From a bacterium (GTDB taxonomy: Bacteria > Patescibacteriota > Minisyncoccia > Minisyncoccales > CG1-02-41-26): a stretch of 29,057 nucleotides of DNA. Below are positions 8,856 to 18,217 of this stretch, piece after piece. Numbering within the stretch: the stretch's first letter is position 1; every line of letters begins with the position of its first letter. Made by a program: the position numbers and the translations under genes. The DNA lies in the NCBI GenBank assembly GCA_021163625.1, contig JAGGTS010000031.1, positions 1-29,057 of the forward strand. Reading direction: 5' to 3'. Under the pieces are notes generated by a model. It ran no database searches. It was not told the DNA's origin and saw only the letters and a program-made list of their open reading frames with translations.

Positions 8856-9644
8856 ATGAAAAAAGAGAAAGACGTATTAACAAAAAAGAAACCAGAGAAG
8901 AGTTTGCTAGCGCCGTTAAAAAAGAGGGGTGGCAGGAATAGGGCTGGCAGAATTACGGTTCGGCACAGGGGAGGCGGAGCAAAAAGGCGTTATAGGCTGA
9001 TAGAATTTGGTCAAGAAAAGCAGGACCAGCCGGCAAAAGTAAAAGCTATAGAATACGACCCAAACAGAACAAGCTATATTGCCTTGATTTCTTATAACGA
9101 CGGGACAAAGAAATATATATTAGCGCCCCTCGGTTTAAAGCCGGGAGATGAAGTAGTTTTTTCCGAAAAAACGCCTGTTTCGCTCGGCAATAGGATGCGT
9201 TTGGAAAATATAGAACCGGGAACATTTATCCATAATATTGAACTTTTTCCGGATACGGGAGGAAAGTTGGCGAGAAGCGCAGGGACATACGCTCAGGTTT
9301 TAGCCCACGAAGGAAAATATACCCAGTTAAAGATGCCGTCAGGAGAGATAAGAAAAGTCCTTGGCAAATGCTTTGCTTCTATTGGCCAGCTTTCAAGGGC
9401 AGAGCATCGCTTTCAGAAAGACAGAAAAGCTGGCAATTCAAGGATGAAAGGCAGGAGGCCAAAGGTTAGAGGCTCCGCAATGAACCCTGTTGACCACCCG
9501 CATGGAGGAGGAGAAGGCAAAGCCCCGATTGGGTTAAAACATCCAAAAACCCCATGGGGGAAACCAGCTTTAGGCGTTAAAACAAGGAAGAAAAAGTGGA
9601 CAGATAAATTAATTATAAAAAGAAGAAAAAAGAAAAGAAGATAA
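8856..9644 (+). CDS. rplB: 50S ribosomal protein L2
   Basis: GRITVRHRGGG, IEYDPNR, MNPVDHPHGGGEG. Confidence 0.99.
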   Translation: MKKEKDVLTKKKPEKSLLAPLKKRGGRNRAGRITVRHRGGGAKRRYRLIEFGQEKQDQPAKVKAIEYDPNRTSYIALISYNDGTKKYILAPLGLKPGDEVVFSEKTPVSLGNRMRLENIEPGTFIHNIELFPDTGGKLARSAGTYAQVLAHEGKYTQLKMPSGEIRKVLGKCFASIGQLSRAEHRFQKDRKAGNSRMKGRRPKVRGSAMNPVDHPHGGGEGKAPIGLKHPKTPWGKPALGVKTRKKKWTDKLIIKRRKKKRR

Positions 9645-9713
9645 TAAAACAGCGGTATCAAAAGGCAATAAATAAGCATTTAATTTATTGCCCAATTTAC
9701 TGCTTTTAAAAAA

Positions 9714-10007
9714 ATGGCAAGAAGTTTAAAAAAAGGTCCATACGTTGATAAAAAATTGTTAAAAAAGATTGCAAAGATAAAAAAGGATGAAGCGACTATT
9801 ATCAAAACTTGGAGTAGGGATTGCACTATTACCCCTGAAATGATTGGGTTTACCTTTGGCGTTTATAACGGAAAAGAGCATATTCCTGTTTATGTTACCG
9901 AAGATATGGTTGGGCATAAACTTGGCGAGTTTTCTCCAACAACAAAGTTTGTCAAACATGGCGGAAAAATGCAGAAACAACTTGAAAGAAAGGGCGCAAA
10001 AAGTTAA
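9714..10007 (+). CDS. rpsS: 30S ribosomal protein S19
   Basis: [24 protein letters not shown]. Confidence 0.99.
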   Translation: MARSLKKGPYVDKKLLKKIAKIKKDEATIIKTWSRDCTITPEMIGFTFGVYNGKEHIPVYVTEDMVGHKLGEFSPTTKFVKHGGKMQKQLERKGAKS

Positions 10008-10049
10008 TATATTTTTGTCTAAAACTAATTCCTTGAATTAAATAAATTT

Positions 10050-10532
10050 ATGAGCGTTTCTGTTAAATTAAAGCATTTAAGAATTTCTCCGAGGAAGGTA
10101 AGGCTCGTTGCGGATTTGATAAGGGGGAAAGATGTTAGCCAGGCAAAAAGCGTTTTGGATTTTACTGTTAAAAAATCGTCGCTTCACCTTAAAAAACTTT
10201 TGAATTCAGCCATTGCCGCGGCAAAAAACGACTTTTCTTTAGATGAAAAAGACCTTTATATTTCAAAAATTACTGTTGACGAAGGCCCAAGGCTTAAGAG
10301 ATGGAGAGCAAGGGCTAGGGGGAGAGCTGCAGAGATATTAAAGAGGACTTCCCACATCACTCTTGTTTTAGATAAAAAAGAAAAAGCGGATAAAAAAACT
10401 AAAAAGCATAAGAAGATGGAGCCAAGCCATAGGCAAGAAATCAGACAGAAAGAAAAGCTAAAGGAAAAAGCCGAACAAAAAAGCAGTAAATTGGTTGCCA
10501 GAAAAACTGGCAAGAAAGATAAAATTAGCTAA
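10050..10532 (+). CDS. rplV: 50S ribosomal protein L22 with basic C-terminal extension
   Basis: RISPRKVRLVADLIRGK, RARGRA, TSHITLVL. Confidence 0.98.
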   Translation: MSVSVKLKHLRISPRKVRLVADLIRGKDVSQAKSVLDFTVKKSSLHLKKLLNSAIAAAKNDFSLDEKDLYISKITVDEGPRLKRWRARARGRAAEILKRTSHITLVLDKKEKADKKTKKHKKMEPSHRQEIRQKEKLKEKAEQKSSKLVARKTGKKDKIS

Positions 10533-10560
10533 ATAATTTTTAAAAGACAAATCGTTTAAT

Positions 10561-11217
10561 ATGTCACATAAAGTCCATCCTAAAATTTTCAGAGTAAAAG
10601 GCCCAGAAGACTGGCTTTCAAGAGGATTTTACCAGAAAAATCTTTCCAAATACTTGAAAGAGGATTTTTTAATAAGAAGCGTTTTAAAAAATAAGCTGAA
10701 GCAGGCATTAACCGAAGACATAGAAATTGAAAGGAACTCGTCAACTATAAAAATTATTATAAAAACGGCAAGGCCTGCCTTGGTAATTGGTCGTGGAGGC
10801 CAGGAAGTTGAAAAGCTAAAAAAAGAGATAGAAAAAGTTATTGAAAAAGCAAATCCGGAATTTAAGAAGGAGGGAAAGGATATAAAAATAGAAATACTGG
10901 AGATTAAAGCTCCATGGGCCAGCGCAAATCTTGCTGCCCAATGGGTTGCCTCCCAAATTGAGAAGAAAGTTCCCTATAGAAGAGTGCTAAAGATGGCTTT
11001 AAGGAAAATTATGGACCAGAAAGAGGTTAAAGGGGCAAGAATTGAGGTTTCGGGAAGGTTAAACGGCATTGAAATTGCAAGGAGTGAATGGTTAAGAGAG
11101 GGCAAGCTTCCAAGGCAGACGATGAGAGCAGTAATTGATTATGGGTTTTGCCAAGCCCATTGCACCTATGGGGTTATTGGCGTAAAGGTTTGGATTTACA
11201 AAGGCGAGAAATTTTAA
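10561..11217 (+). CDS. rpsC: 30S ribosomal protein S3
   Basis: ARPALVIGRGG, SGRLNGIEIARSE, YGVIGVKVWIY. Confidence 0.99.
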   Translation: MSHKVHPKIFRVKGPEDWLSRGFYQKNLSKYLKEDFLIRSVLKNKLKQALTEDIEIERNSSTIKIIIKTARPALVIGRGGQEVEKLKKEIEKVIEKANPEFKKEGKDIKIEILEIKAPWASANLAAQWVASQIEKKVPYRRVLKMALRKIMDQKEVKGARIEVSGRLNGIEIARSEWLREGKLPRQTMRAVIDYGFCQAHCTYGVIGVKVWIYKGEKF

Positions 11218-11241
11218 ATAAAAAATAACGATTAATTATAT

Positions 11242-11646
11242 ATGCTTGAGCCAAAGAAAATGAAATATCGCAAATGGCGTAAACAGCCAAGCAAAGGAGT
11301 TGAATCAAGAGGGGCAAGAATTGCTTTTGGCAGTTTTGGATTAAAATCGCTTGGCACGAGATGGATTAAGGCTTCCCAAATTGAAGCTGCAAGAAGAGTA
11401 ATAGTGAGAACTTTAAAAAGGAAGGGAAAGCTTTGGATTAGAATTTTCCCTTATAAGCCGATTACTTCTAAGGGGAGCGAAGTTCCTATGGGCGGAGGCA
11501 AAGGAAGCGTTTCTTATTATGTTTTTCCGATAAGGCCGGGCAGAATTATCTTTGAACTTGATGGAGTTGCCGAAGATATAGCCAAAAAAGCGCTCGAAAA
11601 AGCTTCTGACAAATTGCCGATTAAAACAAAGTTTGTTAAAAAATAG
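11242..11646 (+). CDS. rplP: 50S ribosomal protein L16
   Basis: QIEAARR, WIRIFP, MGGGKG, PGRIIFE. Confidence 0.98.
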   Translation: MLEPKKMKYRKWRKQPSKGVESRGARIAFGSFGLKSLGTRWIKASQIEAARRVIVRTLKRKGKLWIRIFPYKPITSKGSEVPMGGGKGSVSYYVFPIRPGRIIFELDGVAEDIAKKALEKASDKLPIKTKFVKK

Positions 11647-11679
11647 GACTATAATTTATTATATTATTTTGCATTGCAT

Positions 11680-11916
11680 ATGAAAAAGAGAGATAAAATT
11701 AAAGATTTTTTCCAAATGACGCCGGGTGAACTTGAAATCTTATTGAGAGAGAAACGGGAAAAATTGAGGCAGTTTAGGTTTGATTTAGCCTCTGGCAAGG
11801 TTAAGGATGTAAGCCAGATTAGGGAAGCAAGAAAGGATATTGCAAGAATAATTACAATTTTAAAAGCTAAAAAGAGCCAAAATTCTTTAAAGGAAAAGGC
11901 GGGAAAAAAAGATTAA
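11680..11916 (+). CDS. rpmC: 50S ribosomal protein L29
   Basis: LRQFRF, IREARKDIARIIT; position after rplP. Confidence 0.93.
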   Translation: MKKRDKIKDFFQMTPGELEILLREKREKLRQFRFDLASGKVKDVSQIREARKDIARIITILKAKKSQNSLKEKAGKKD

Positions 11917-11933
11917 ATATAAATTAAAAGACT

Positions 11934-12167
11934 ATGCCAAAAAAACAGCTAATAGGAGAAGTGGTTTCAAATAAAATGCAAAAAACAGTTGTTGTTAGGG
12001 TTGCGAGAATAAAGGAACACAAGAAATACAAGAAGCGATATAAAGTTTACAAAAAATACAAAGCCCATACAGGCGACCAAAGCTATAGTTTGGGTGACAA
12101 GGTTTTGATTATGGAACATAGGCCAATTTCAAAAGAAAAACGCTGGATAGTTGTTAAAAAAATTTAG
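11934..12167 (+). CDS. rpsQ: 30S ribosomal protein S17
   Basis: GEVVSNKMQKTVVV, RPISKEKRW. Confidence 0.98.
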   Translation: MPKKQLIGEVVSNKMQKTVVVRVARIKEHKKYKKRYKVYKKYKAHTGDQSYSLGDKVLIMEHRPISKEKRWIVVKKI

Positions 12168-12205
12168 GCAATTAGCAAAATAAAGTTAAGGCAATAAAAG
12201 GAAAT

Positions 12206-12577
12206 ATGATTCAAAGGCAAACAATGTTAAATGTTGCAGATAACAGCGGGGCAAAAGTTGTCCAATGCATAAATATTCTTGGAGGCACTAAAAAACATTA
12301 TGCTAGAATTGGCGATATTATTGTTGTTGCTGTCAAAAAAGCAAGGCCCAGAAAAGACATCAAACTGCATGATGTTGTTAAAGCAGTAGTAGTTAGGCAA
12401 AAACAGCCATACAGAAGAAAAGACGGAACTTATATTAGGTTTGACGACAACGCTTGTTGCATTTTAGTTCAAGACAAGAAGCTTCCGAAAGGGAACAGGA
12501 TTTTAGGCCCTATTCCGCGTGAGCTTAAAGAAAAAGGATTTGAAAAAATAGTGACTTTGGCAAAAGACATAGTTTAA
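12206..12577 (+). CDS. rplN: 50S ribosomal protein L14
   Basis: VADNSGAK, IRFDDNA, GPIPREL. Confidence 0.99.
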   Translation: MIQRQTMLNVADNSGAKVVQCINILGGTKKHYARIGDIIVVAVKKARPRKDIKLHDVVKAVVVRQKQPYRRKDGTYIRFDDNACCILVQDKKLPKGNRILGPIPRELKEKGFEKIVTLAKDIV

Positions 12578-12602
12578 TATAGTTTATAATTTTGCAATAT
12601 TT

Positions 12603-12935
12603 ATGAAGATAAAAAAAGGCGACCAAGTTTTAGTGATAAAGGGAAAAGACAGAGGCAAGAAAGGAAAAGTTTTGCGGAGTTTTCCAAAGGAAAACCGTGT
12701 TTTGGTTGAGGGAATAAATATTAGAAAGGTGCATAAGAAGCCAAAAAGGGAGGGGGAAAAGGGTCAGATTGTTGAAGTTGCTTTGCCTATTTATGTTTCA
12801 AAGGTAAAGCTGATTTGTCCGAGATGCGGACAGCCGGCGAGAGTTGGGTTTAAAGATTTTTCAAAGACGAAAGCAAAAGAAAAAATGCCAAGGTCAAAGG
12901 TCAGAGTTTGCAAAAAATGCGGCCAGGAAATTTAA
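12603..12935 (+). CDS. rplX: 50S ribosomal protein L24
   Basis: KKGDQVLVIKGKDRGKKGKV KOW motif, VEGIN; two CxxC pairs. Confidence 0.98.
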   Translation: MKIKKGDQVLVIKGKDRGKKGKVLRSFPKENRVLVEGINIRKVHKKPKREGEKGQIVEVALPIYVSKVKLICPRCGQPARVGFKDFSKTKAKEKMPRSKVRVCKKCGQEI

Positions 12936-12950
12936 AGTATTTGTGCTTTT

Positions 12951-13505
12951 ATGTTAAGACTTAAAGAAAAATATAAGAATGAAGTAGCTAAAAAACTGCA
13001 GGAAAAATTTGGCTATAAAAACAAAGCAGCTGTCCCTTTCGTGGAGAAGGTTGTGGTAAATAGCGGTTTTGGCAAAATAGTAGCCGGCAAAGATTCTTCA
13101 GAGAGAAAGAAAATTATAGACAACATTATGAACTCTTTAAGTTTAATTACCGGCCAAAAACCTTCTTTGAGGAAAGCAAGAAAATCGATTTCCAGTTTTA
13201 AATTAAGGAAAGGCCTGCCAATAGGGGCAAAGGTTACTTTAAGGGGACAAAGGATGTATGATTTTATGGAAAAGCTTATTTTGCTTGTTTTGCCCAGAGT
13301 GAGGGATTTTAGGGGAATTGAGCCAGGCAAAGTGGATGAAAATGGGAATTTGACAATAGGCTTTAGGGAGTCTATGCCGTTCCCAGAGTTGAGTTTTGAA
13401 AAAGAAAAGAGTATTTTTAGTTTGGAGGTGACTGTTGTTACAAAAGCAAGAACAAGGGAAGAGGCTTTAGCTTTGCTAAGGTTGCTTGGTTTTCCAATAA
13501 AATAA
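12951..13505 (+). CDS. rplE: 50S ribosomal protein L5
   Basis: ITGQKP, ARKSISSFKLRKG, LPRVRDFRGI. Confidence 0.98.
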   Translation: MLRLKEKYKNEVAKKLQEKFGYKNKAAVPFVEKVVVNSGFGKIVAGKDSSERKKIIDNIMNSLSLITGQKPSLRKARKSISSFKLRKGLPIGAKVTLRGQRMYDFMEKLILLVLPRVRDFRGIEPGKVDENGNLTIGFRESMPFPELSFEKEKSIFSLEVTVVTKARTREEALALLRLLGFPIK

Positions 13506-13516
13506 TAAAGTAGAAA

Positions 13517-13702
13517 ATGGCAAAAAAATCACAAATTGCAAAATCACAAAAAAAGCAAAAGTACAGCACCAGAAAGGTGAATAGATGTTTTAGGTGCGGT
13601 CGGAGCAAGGGTTATTTAAGCAAATTTGGCTTATGTAGAATATGTTTTCGGGAGATGGCAAATAAAGGGGAAATCCCCGGCGTTAAAAAGTCTTCGTGGT
13701 AA
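13517..13702 (+). CDS. rpsN: 30S ribosomal protein S14, zinc-binding (type Z)
   Basis: RCFRCGR...[12 protein letters not shown], 61 aa. Confidence 0.98.
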   Translation: MAKKSQIAKSQKKQKYSTRKVNRCFRCGRSKGYLSKFGLCRICFREMANKGEIPGVKKSSW

Positions 13703-13740
13703 TTTTGAAAATAAAGCTAAAAATTTGAAATTTTAAATCT

Positions 13741-14133
13741 ATGTCAGACCCAATCGCGGATATGTTAAACAGGATAATAAACGCCCAAGCTGTTTCAAAG
13801 CCGATAGTTGAAATTCCTTTTTCTATTGTTAAATTTAGGATAGCGGAGATTTTGAACGAAAAAGGTTTTATATTGGATTTTAAGAAAAGAATAAAGAAAA
13901 GGAAAAAATATTTGATTGTTATTTTAAAATACTTAGAAGGCAATAGGCCAGCCATATCAGGATTTAAAAGAGTTTCAAAACCGGGGCAGAGGATTTATAA
14001 GAAAGCAAAGGAAATAAAGCCGGTAAAAAACGGCTACGGATTATCTATAATCTCTACCTCAAAAGGGATTGTGGATGACAGCTTGGCAAGGAAGCAAAAA
14101 CTTGGCGGGGAAGTGATTTGTGAAGTTTGGTGA
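13741..14133 (+). CDS. rpsH: 30S ribosomal protein S8
   Basis: DPIADMLNRI, SKPGQRIY, ISTSKG, GGEVIC. Confidence 0.99.
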   Translation: MSDPIADMLNRIINAQAVSKPIVEIPFSIVKFRIAEILNEKGFILDFKKRIKKRKKYLIVILKYLEGNRPAISGFKRVSKPGQRIYKKAKEIKPVKNGYGLSIISTSKGIVDDSLARKQKLGGEVICEVW

Positions 14134-14186
14134 TTAAATATTGGTCGGACAGCAAAAAATATTTTTAGAAATAGCTTTAATTTTTT

Positions 14187-14735
14187 ATGTCAAGAATAGG
14201 GAAAAAGCCAATTTTAATTCCAGAAGGGACAGAGGTTGAGATAAAAGACAGAGTTGTCTTTTTTAAGGGGCCAAAAGGAAATTTGTCTCAATCTATCCCA
14301 GAAGGCATCGGCGTAAAAAAGGAAGAGGCAAAGCTTTTGGTGTTTTTAGAAAGGAAAAACAAAAACACGCCGGCTCTTTGGGGCCTTACAAGAGCGCTTT
14401 TGCAGAATTGTGTTGATGGGGTGAACAAAGGCTTTGAAAAAAAACTTGAAATGGTCGGTATTGGCTACAGGGCAAAAAAAGAGGGCGAGAATATTTTAAA
14501 TTTGGAAGTTGGTTTTTCTCACCCAATCAAGCTTGAAATACCAAAAGGGCTGGATGTTTCTTTAGAAAAAAATATTATTGCTATTTTTGGCATAGACAAG
14601 CAGAAAGTTGGAGAGTTTGCCGCAAAGATAAGGAAAATAAGGCCGCCAGAGCCGTATAAGGGAAAGGGAATCAGGTATTTGGGCGAAAGAATAAGAAGAA
14701 AGGAAGGGAAGAAGGCGGCAGGAGCAACAACTTAA
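14187..14735 (+). CDS. rplF: 50S ribosomal protein L6
   Basis: MSRIGKKPI, RPPEPYKGKGIRY. Confidence 0.99.
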   Translation: MSRIGKKPILIPEGTEVEIKDRVVFFKGPKGNLSQSIPEGIGVKKEEAKLLVFLERKNKNTPALWGLTRALLQNCVDGVNKGFEKKLEMVGIGYRAKKEGENILNLEVGFSHPIKLEIPKGLDVSLEKNIIAIFGIDKQKVGEFAAKIRKIRPPEPYKGKGIRYLGERIRRKEGKKAAGATT

Positions 14736-14758
14736 CTTTATAAATAAACTCAAAAGTT

Positions 14759-15187
14759 ATGACAAAAGCAACAAGAAAACAGGCAAGAGCTATAAGGCAT
14801 AAGAGAATAAGGGCAAGAATTTATGGCAGGCCGAATGTCCCGAGGCTTTGCGTTTTTAGGTCTTTAAAGCACATTTATGCCCAAATTATAGATGATGAAA
14901 ATAATGCAGTTTTGCTGGCAGCAAGTGACTTTGAGATAAAAGAGAAACCAAAATCTGCCAAGCAGCCCTTAAAGCAAGGCGTTAAAGCAGAAAAGCGCCC
15001 TAAAAAGGTCGATTCAAAAGCGCTTGCTTCAAAAACCGGTGTTTCTTTTCAAGTCGGTAAGCTTATTGCTAAAAAGGCGGCTGCAAAAAAAATAACCAAA
15101 GTAGTTTTTGATAGGGCTGGCTATAAATACCATGGCAGGGTAAAAGCATTAGCCCAAGGGGCGAGGGAAGGCGGTTTAATTTTTTAA
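14759..15187 (+). CDS. rplR: 50S ribosomal protein L18 with internal basic insertion
   Basis: [35 protein letters not shown]. Confidence 0.97.
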   Translation: MTKATRKQARAIRHKRIRARIYGRPNVPRLCVFRSLKHIYAQIIDDENNAVLLAASDFEIKEKPKSAKQPLKQGVKAEKRPKKVDSKALASKTGVSFQVGKLIAKKAAAKKITKVVFDRAGYKYHGRVKALAQGAREGGLIF

Positions 15188-15191
15188 AAAT

Positions 15192-15737
15192 ATGTTAAGA
15201 AAAAACAGAAATTTCAAAAGGAACGAAAAAAAAGAGTTTGATTCAAGGCTTTTGGATTTGGCAAGGGTGACAAGGGTAACTGCGGGAGGGAAAAGGCTTA
15301 GCTTCAGGGCAGTTATCGTTTCTGGAAATAAAAAAGGGAAGATAGGCGTTGGCGTTGCAAAAGGGAGAGATGTTGCAATTGCCATTGAAAAAGCGACAAG
15401 GGCAGCTCAAAAAAATATGATAGAGGTTCCTGTTTTACAAGAAACAATACCTCACCAAGTAGATGCAAAGTATAGCTCTGCCTATCTTATTTTAAGGCCT
15501 CAAGCAAAAGGCAGAGGGCTGGTTGCAGGCGGCGCAGTGAGGACGATTTGCGAACTGGCTGGCATTAAAAATATTTCTTCTAAATTGATATCAAAATCAA
15601 GAAATAAGCTTAACATAGCCAGAGCGACGATAAAAGCTTTATTGAAATTAAGGCCTGCTGTTGATAAAAAGAAAGAAGATTTGCCAAAAAAAGAAACAAA
15701 AGAAGAAAAGGTGCAAAAAAGCAAAGACGCATCATAA
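15192..15737 (+). CDS. rpsE: 30S ribosomal protein S5
   Basis: RVTRVTAGGKRLSFRAVIVSG, VAGGAVR. Confidence 0.98.
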   Translation: MLRKNRNFKRNEKKEFDSRLLDLARVTRVTAGGKRLSFRAVIVSGNKKGKIGVGVAKGRDVAIAIEKATRAAQKNMIEVPVLQETIPHQVDAKYSSAYLILRPQAKGRGLVAGGAVRTICELAGIKNISSKLISKSRNKLNIARATIKALLKLRPAVDKKKEDLPKKETKEEKVQKSKDAS

Positions 15738-15755
15738 ATATTTTTAATTTTTAAA

Positions 15756-16187
15756 ATGCAGATTCATCAAATAAAACCATTTCATAAATTAAAGAAAAAA
15801 AAGCGCATTGGAAGAGGAGGCAAGCGGGGCACTTATTCCGGCAGGGGAATTAAGGGCCAGAAATCTAGGAGCGGCGCAAAGTTCCAGCCAATCATACGGG
15901 AACTTATTAAGAAGTACCACAAGCTGAAAGGCTACCGCTATTCTGGTCGTAAGTTGAACCTTGCGGCAGTAAATCTTTCCCTGCTTGAAAAAAAGTTTAA
16001 GGATAATGAAACCGTTACCCCAAAGGTTTTAGTTGAGAAAAAAATGGTAAGGAAAATTAAAGGCAGAGTTCCAATGGTTAAAATTTTAGCCAATGGCCAG
16101 TTAACGAAAAAGCTTACAATAAAGAATTGTTTGCTTTCAAAAAACGCAAAAGATAAAATAGAAAAAGCAGGAGGAAAAATAATTTAA
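15756..16187 (+). CDS. rplO: 50S ribosomal protein L15
   Basis: KRIGRGGKRGTYSGRGIKGQKSRSG, KIEKAGG. Confidence 0.97.
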   Translation: MQIHQIKPFHKLKKKKRIGRGGKRGTYSGRGIKGQKSRSGAKFQPIIRELIKKYHKLKGYRYSGRKLNLAAVNLSLLEKKFKDNETVTPKVLVEKKMVRKIKGRVPMVKILANGQLTKKLTIKNCLLSKNAKDKIEKAGGKII

Positions 16188-16212
16188 TTTTATTATTGTT
16201 TATAATTTCATT

Positions 16213-17493
16213 ATGTGGTATCAAAAGTTAGCTTTAATATTCAAAGACCGCCAGCTCCGCAACAAAATTTTATTTGTTTTATTTGTTCTTGCTGTTTTTA
16301 GGCTTGCGGCAAATATTCCAATACCGGGCATAGACTTGACAAAGATTAAAGAATTTTTCGCCCAAAACCAATTTTTTGGCTTGCTAAATCTTTTTGTCGG
16401 AGGCACGATGAGCAGGCTTTCAATTGTTATGCTCGGCCTTGGCCCATATATTACGGCGATTATTGTCATCCAGCTTTTGACAATGGTTTTCCCAAAACTG
16501 GAAAAGATGTACAAAGAAGAAGGCGAAGAAGGGAGACGGAGATTTAACCAATACGGCAGAATTCTAACCGTTCCATTAGCCGCCCTTCAAGCTTACGCGA
16601 TGCTTACTCTTTTCAGGAAACAAGGCCTTATCTCCGGATTGAGCCCTATCCAGCTTACAGCTTCCATAATAACTATCACTGGCGGCGCTTTGTTTTTAAT
16701 GTGGCTTGGGGAATTGATTTCAGAGAAAGGGATTGGCAATGGGGTTTCTATTTTGATTTTTGCGGGCATTGTCGCGAGAACCCCTTCCGAAATTTTTAGA
16801 ATAGCCGCCAACTGGGATCCGTCGCAGATTCCTTCTATTGTTGCCTTTTTTGCCGTGAGTTTCGTTATTATTTATTCTGTTGTTTTGGTAAACGAAGGAA
16901 AAAGAAATATTCCTGTTTCTTTTGCAAAAAGGGTTAAGGGAAACAAAGTTTACGGCGGGACATCAACATCCCTGCCAATAATGATAAATCCTGCGGGAGT
17001 TATGCCAATCATCTTTGCTTTAAGCATTATTTTATTTCCGCAAATGATTTCAAACTATTTTGCCCACAGCTCGAATTCTTTTATTGCAAAACTATCGCTG
17101 CAAATATCAAATTTTTTCCAAAATGGATGGGCTTACGGAATAACATATTTTATTTTAGTTTTCCTTTTTACTTATTTCTACACAGCTGTAACCTTTGACC
17201 CAAAGGCTATTTCAAACAACCTTCAAAAAATGGGCGGTTTTGTTCCCGGAATTAGGCCCGGCGAGTCAACAAGAATTTTTATCCATAAAATTCTTTATAG
17301 GATTCTTTTTATAGGGGCAACTTTTTTAGGCGGCGTGGCTATTATGCCAAATATTGTCCAAGGGATAACCGGGATCCAGACGTTTAGCTTCATAGTCGGC
17401 GGCACAGCCCTCTTGATTATTGTTAGCGTTGTTTTGGATACATGGAGGCAGATAAAGGCCCAGATGGAGATGCGCGAATATGAGACATTTTAA
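16213..17493 (+). CDS. secY: Preprotein translocase subunit SecY
   Basis: LGLGPYITA, GIGNGVSILIF, GVMPIIFA, GGFVPGIRPG; many TM segments. Confidence 0.99.
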   Translation: MWYQKLALIFKDRQLRNKILFVLFVLAVFRLAANIPIPGIDLTKIKEFFAQNQFFGLLNLFVGGTMSRLSIVMLGLGPYITAIIVIQLLTMVFPKLEKMYKEEGEEGRRRFNQYGRILTVPLAALQAYAMLTLFRKQGLISGLSPIQLTASIITITGGALFLMWLGELISEKGIGNGVSILIFAGIVARTPSEIFRIAANWDPSQIPSIVAFFAVSFVIIYSVVLVNEGKRNIPVSFAKRVKGNKVYGGTSTSLPIMINPAGVMPIIFALSIILFPQMISNYFAHSSNSFIAKLSLQISNFFQNGWAYGITYFILVFLFTYFYTAVTFDPKAISNNLQKMGGFVPGIRPGESTRIFIHKILYRILFIGATFLGGVAIMPNIVQGITGIQTFSFIVGGTALLIIVSVVLDTWRQIKAQMEMREYETF

Positions 17494-17521
17494 CCAAAAA
17501 TTTTAAATTGCCGTTAAGCTT

Positions 17522-18217
17522 ATGAATAAAAAATTAGTTGTAATTTTAATGGGAGCGCCCGGCGCTGGCAAGGGAACCCAAGGGAAACTTTTGTCTGAAA
17601 AACTAAATTTGTATTATTTTGAAACAAGCAATGTCATAGAGCAGGCTTTCAATTCTGCAAAGGAAACAGACTATGTTTCAATAAAAGGGAAGAAATATTT
17701 TTTTGGCAAAGAAAAAGAACTTTGGCTTGGAGGCGCTTTATGCGACCCGCTATTTGTTTCTTATTTAGTAAAGGGCAAAATAAAGGAATTATATGGAATG
17801 GGCAAGAATTTGCTTCTTTCCGGGTCGCCAAGGACGCTTGGCGAAGCAAAAGAAATAATGCCGTTGCTTGAAAAGTTATATGGCAAAAAGAATATAAAAA
17901 TTATTTTATTGGAAATATCAGCAAAAGAGTCAATTTTTAGGAATTCTCACCGTAGAATTTGCGAGCTAATGCGCCATCCAATTTTATATTCAGAAGAAAC
18001 AAAAAAGCTTAAAATATGCCCGCTTGACGGCTCAAAACTCATTAAAAGAAAAGGATTGGACAATCCAAAAATAATTAAAACAAGGTTAAAAGAGTACAGC
18101 AAAAGGACTCTCCCTTTGGTTGATTTTTTAAAAACCAGAGGCTTAAAAGTGGAAAAAATTAATGGCAAGGGTACGGTTGCTCAAGTTTTTAAAAGAGCTC
18201 TTAAGGTTTTAAAATGA
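17522..18217 (+). CDS. adk: Adenylate kinase family nucleoside monophosphate kinase (divergent)
   Basis: P-loop GAPGAGKGTQ, GSPRT, LID-like RRIC...CPLDG; position secY-adk-map. Confidence 0.8.
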   Translation: MNKKLVVILMGAPGAGKGTQGKLLSEKLNLYYFETSNVIEQAFNSAKETDYVSIKGKKYFFGKEKELWLGGALCDPLFVSYLVKGKIKELYGMGKNLLLSGSPRTLGEAKEIMPLLEKLYGKKNIKIILLEISAKESIFRNSHRRICELMRHPILYSEETKKLKICPLDGSKLIKRKGLDNPKIIKTRLKEYSKRTLPLVDFLKTRGLKVEKINGKGTVAQVFKRALKVLK

